DNA of 16,184 bases, from positions 1-16,184 of the forward strand of contig JBNKDD010000118.1 of assembly GCA_050288085.1 (NCBI GenBank). Direction: 5' to 3'. The position numbers were made by a program, and so were the translations under genes. Of the stretch, positions 13,935 through 16,184 are shown in pieces (position 1 is the stretch's first letter; every line of letters starts with the position of its first letter). The stretch comes from Anaerolineae bacterium (GTDB taxonomy: Bacteria > Chloroflexota > Anaerolineae > Aggregatilineales > UBA3940). Below the pieces are notes generated by a model, which was not told the origin of the DNA, did not search any database, and saw only the letters and a list, made by a program, of their open reading frames with translations.

Positions 13935-15418
13935 TGGTCAAAGATACCGGATCGCAGCCCAGGGTCAAACGTAAACGGGAGAAAATCCTGGGTGATTCCT
14001 CACGTGTCATTACTCGACTTCACCTGCCTGATGACCCGCAACGTATCGAAAAAATCATTCAACGTGTACTCGATTTACCGGATACAACAGCCGAAACACT
14101 GCTTGCCCAGGTGATGTTTGATTTTTCTAATCGGCACGAAGACATCAACGTAGTTTTTAACCGGCATCTGAATAGAGTAAAAGACTATATTGCTGAAGAC
14201 ACAGTACTCAGCGAGACTAAGAAGGCACTTATTGGGGCTTATTTCACTATGGAGTATTCTATTGAATCCGCTGCCCTTTTCAACCCTTCAATCGTTCCCC
14301 ATCCTGACCAAAGTAATGTGCAAAACGGCAGTCTGCGTTTTATTATGAGTCTGAGAGCAACCGGTGAAGGTCACCTGTCGTCGATTGTGTTTCGCAGTGG
14401 TGTACTTGACTCGAATAGCACGATCCTTTTCGACCCACTCAGCGAGTATGTTGTAACCCCCGATGTTTACCTGGACCCGGTTTACGTTCTGCATCTTTTT
14501 CGCCTGAAGCTCAGAGAAATGGGGGCAGATAATGACGTAATGCATCATCTGCTCAACCAACTCCCAGACGAGTTCTCCTATCACAGATTAAGAGAAAACA
14601 TTGAAGACCTTCGCGCAAACCCCGTTTTTTCTGTAGTTCGCCAAAACAGAACCTTTGAGATCATCTTCTGGCTTGCCAATTCCAATTACGAAGTATATTT
14701 CGAACGTGATCATTTGATCTCCGAACGAGTCATCTTTCCTACATCAAAAATTGAAAGTCGTGGTATTGAAGATGCTCGGTTCGTACAGTTCTTCGATGAT
14801 ACTGGCCAGGTAACCTACTATGCAACTTATACAGCTTATAATGGGGTGAGTATTCTCCCCCAGTTGATTGAAACGAAAGACTTCATCAAGTTCAAAATAT
14901 CAACACTTAATGGGAAGGCCGTGCAGAACAAGGGAATGGCACTTTTTCCGCGCAAAGTTCAGGATCGTTATGTAATGCTCTCACGCCAGGATGGAGAAAA
15001 CAACCGCATTATGTTCTCGGACAATATCCATTTCTGGCAAGAGTCTGAAATCATACAGGAGCCCATATGTCCCTGGGAATTAATTCAACTAGGTAACTGT
15101 GGTTCACCTCTTGAAACCAATGAAGGCTGGATTGTACTTACTCATGGTGTGGGACCCATGCGTCAGTATTGCATTGGTGCTGTACTCCTCGATCTTGAAA
15201 ATCCGGCTAAAATTATCGCCCACCTGGAAGAGCCATTGCTGGTCCCTCACGAGGAAGAACGCGAAGGATATGTACCTAATGTCGTTTATTCCTGTGGATC
15301 ACTTATCCACAATGGTGAGTTAATAATCCCCTATGCCATGTCCGATTTCATGTCTGGTATAGCAACTGTGAGAGTAGATGAGTTGATACGCTGCATGCAA
15401 CCGATTGGGGTCAGTTAG
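13934..15418 (+). CDS. GH130-like (PF04041, formerly DUF377) beta-propeller glycoside phosphorylase/hydrolase with ~250-aa N-terminal extension
   Basis: The C-terminal ~240 aa (GIEDARFVQF..., YYATYTAYNG, NKGMALFPRKVQDRYVML, EGWIVLTHGVG...YCIGAVLLDLENPAKII, NVVYSCG, IPYAMSD) are collinear with GH130 mannoside phosphorylase motifs (EDPR, Y.TYTA, NKN.ALFP.KI.GKY.ML.R, T.EGW...YHG, LLDL.DP, NVVF..G, YYG.AD). ATG 13934 overlaps the upstream TGA (TTGATGG), which indicates translational coupling. Confidence 0.7.
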   Translation: MVKDTGSQPRVKRKREKILGDSSRVITRLHLPDDPQRIEKIIQRVLDLPDTTAETLLAQVMFDFSNRHEDINVVFNRHLNRVKDYIAEDTVLSETKKALIGAYFTMEYSIESAALFNPSIVPHPDQSNVQNGSLRFIMSLRATGEGHLSSIVFRSGVLDSNSTILFDPLSEYVVTPDVYLDPVYVLHLFRLKLREMGADNDVMHHLLNQLPDEFSYHRLRENIEDLRANPVFSVVRQNRTFEIIFWLANSNYEVYFERDHLISERVIFPTSKIESRGIEDARFVQFFDDTGQVTYYATYTAYNGVSILPQLIETKDFIKFKISTLNGKAVQNKGMALFPRKVQDRYVMLSRQDGENNRIMFSDNIHFWQESEIIQEPICPWELIQLGNCGSPLETNEGWIVLTHGVGPMRQYCIGAVLLDLENPAKIIAHLEEPLLVPHEEEREGYVPNVVYSCGSLIHNGELIIPYAMSDFMSGIATVRVDELIRCMQPIGVS

Positions 15419-15649
15419 ATTCCGTTGCTGTATATGGGAACGATAGATAATAAAAAAGGGCCATGTGAAATGGGCGTAGGGTACAAAAAAATGGTAGTCA
15501 TGTGAGATTATCACCGCCCCCTGACGAGAAAACGGGGGTGAGGAGAAGGTCTCGGATCGACCAAATGAAATCGGTAAGCCCCAGCGCCATCGCCGGCGTC
15601 TGGGGGTGATACTTTTTTTGCCCTGAGGTTCAGGTAAGGCCTGTCGCAG

Positions 15650-16184
15650 TGAGCGATGAGGGCGGCACCAGTTGTAGACAGTTACCCCCCACCAGCCGAG
15701 CGCCAGTTTGGTGTCTGAGCGATGGGCGAAGGCTAGCGAACGACGGACCTGATGAGCGCTCATGCGACGGGCCGTGCCATTGCGACGTTCAATGGCCGAG
15801 GTGTTGGGTTTGGCATAGCCTAGCCAGCGCAGAGTCTGATGAACGCGAGTGCGTGAGCCATGTGTGTAACGGATCGTGGTCTCCACGACACGACTGCCCT
15901 CTCGATGCTTGATAATCTGGACGTGGGCCAAGCTGCGCGGGATACGATAACGCAGCGCTGGAAAACGTCCCCGACTGCCCTGCCGACTGGGACGGTAGGG
16001 TTGCCCAAAAATCTCCGGGAACAGAGTCGCATAACTGGCATCACCGTCGGTGAACAGCACCAGTTTGTGACGATTAGCCAGGCGGCTGGCTCCGTCCTCC
16101 AGCAAGCGAGGGTGTAAGATTTTATGTGTAAATGGCATGGGGTAAAACAATGGAAAAGAAGGAGAAAAAACCATGCCAGAAGAA
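15650..16184 (-). mobile_element. IS1-family DDE transposase gene (partial in window; possibly a remnant)
   Basis: The minus-strand ORF 15320-16174 continues open past the window end. The segment VLFTDGDASYATLF...NTSAIERRNGTARRMSAHQVRRSLAFAHRSDTKLALGWWGVTVYNWCRPH is collinear with the IS1 InsB C-terminus (W.TDGW.LYE ... [40 protein letters not shown]). The distal ~115 aa of the ORF is low-complexity and probably not coding. A possible terminal inverted-repeat-like sequence, GGTGATACTTTTTTTGCC, lies at 15605-15622. Confidence 0.5.

Noticed and set aside
15511-15541. Hairpin tcaccGccccc-n12-gggggtga as terminator of the GH130-like gene
   Set aside because: There is a good stem but no downstream U-tract on either strand. 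It lies ~95 nt after the stop. It could be structural, but there is not enough to call a terminator.
1-16184. tRNA/rRNA genes and CRISPR arrays
   Set aside because: No cloverleaf-compatible GTTC/acceptor patterns, no rRNA-like conserved blocks, and no short regularly spaced repeats were seen. The only repeats are the two ~120 bp copies, 5.9 kb apart.

Overview
The window is a bacterial chromosomal segment of moderate GC. Gene content and codon usage look like a soil Chloroflexota- or Actinobacteria-like organism, but that is inference, not a database result. Almost all credible genes lie on the + strand. From left to right the window holds the following.
(1) The 3' end of a ribonuclease J-like gene.
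(2) A large minus-strand AfsR/SARP-family STAND regulator (wHTH, BTAD, P-loop NTPase, helical repeats).
(3) A 5.8 kb co-directional block of membrane and stress genes: a hypothetical protein, a GlsB/YeaQ/YmgE protein, a 4-TM protein, a YtxH-like protein, a Des-type membrane fatty-acid desaturase, an SPFH/band-7 protein, a tiny hydrophobic ORF, and a B12-binding radical SAM/DUF4070 enzyme. This block is bracketed by two copies of a ~120 bp direct repeat that contains the regulator's own promoter-like region and first codons.
(4) An AT-richer, decayed-looking stretch with an orphan membrane ORF, a truncated GroEL C-terminal relic and a 42-aa very basic micro-ORF.
(5) A tightly coupled three-gene glyco operon: a GT4 glycosyltransferase fused to an (alpha/alpha)6-like C-terminal domain, a short GT4, and an N-terminally extended GH130-like phosphorylase/glycosidase.
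(6) An IS1-family transposase gene running off the right edge.
No tRNA, rRNA or CRISPR array was seen. The most system-like candidates are the GT4 fusion / GT4 / GH130 operon and the repeat-bracketed desaturase / SPFH / B12-rSAM membrane block.
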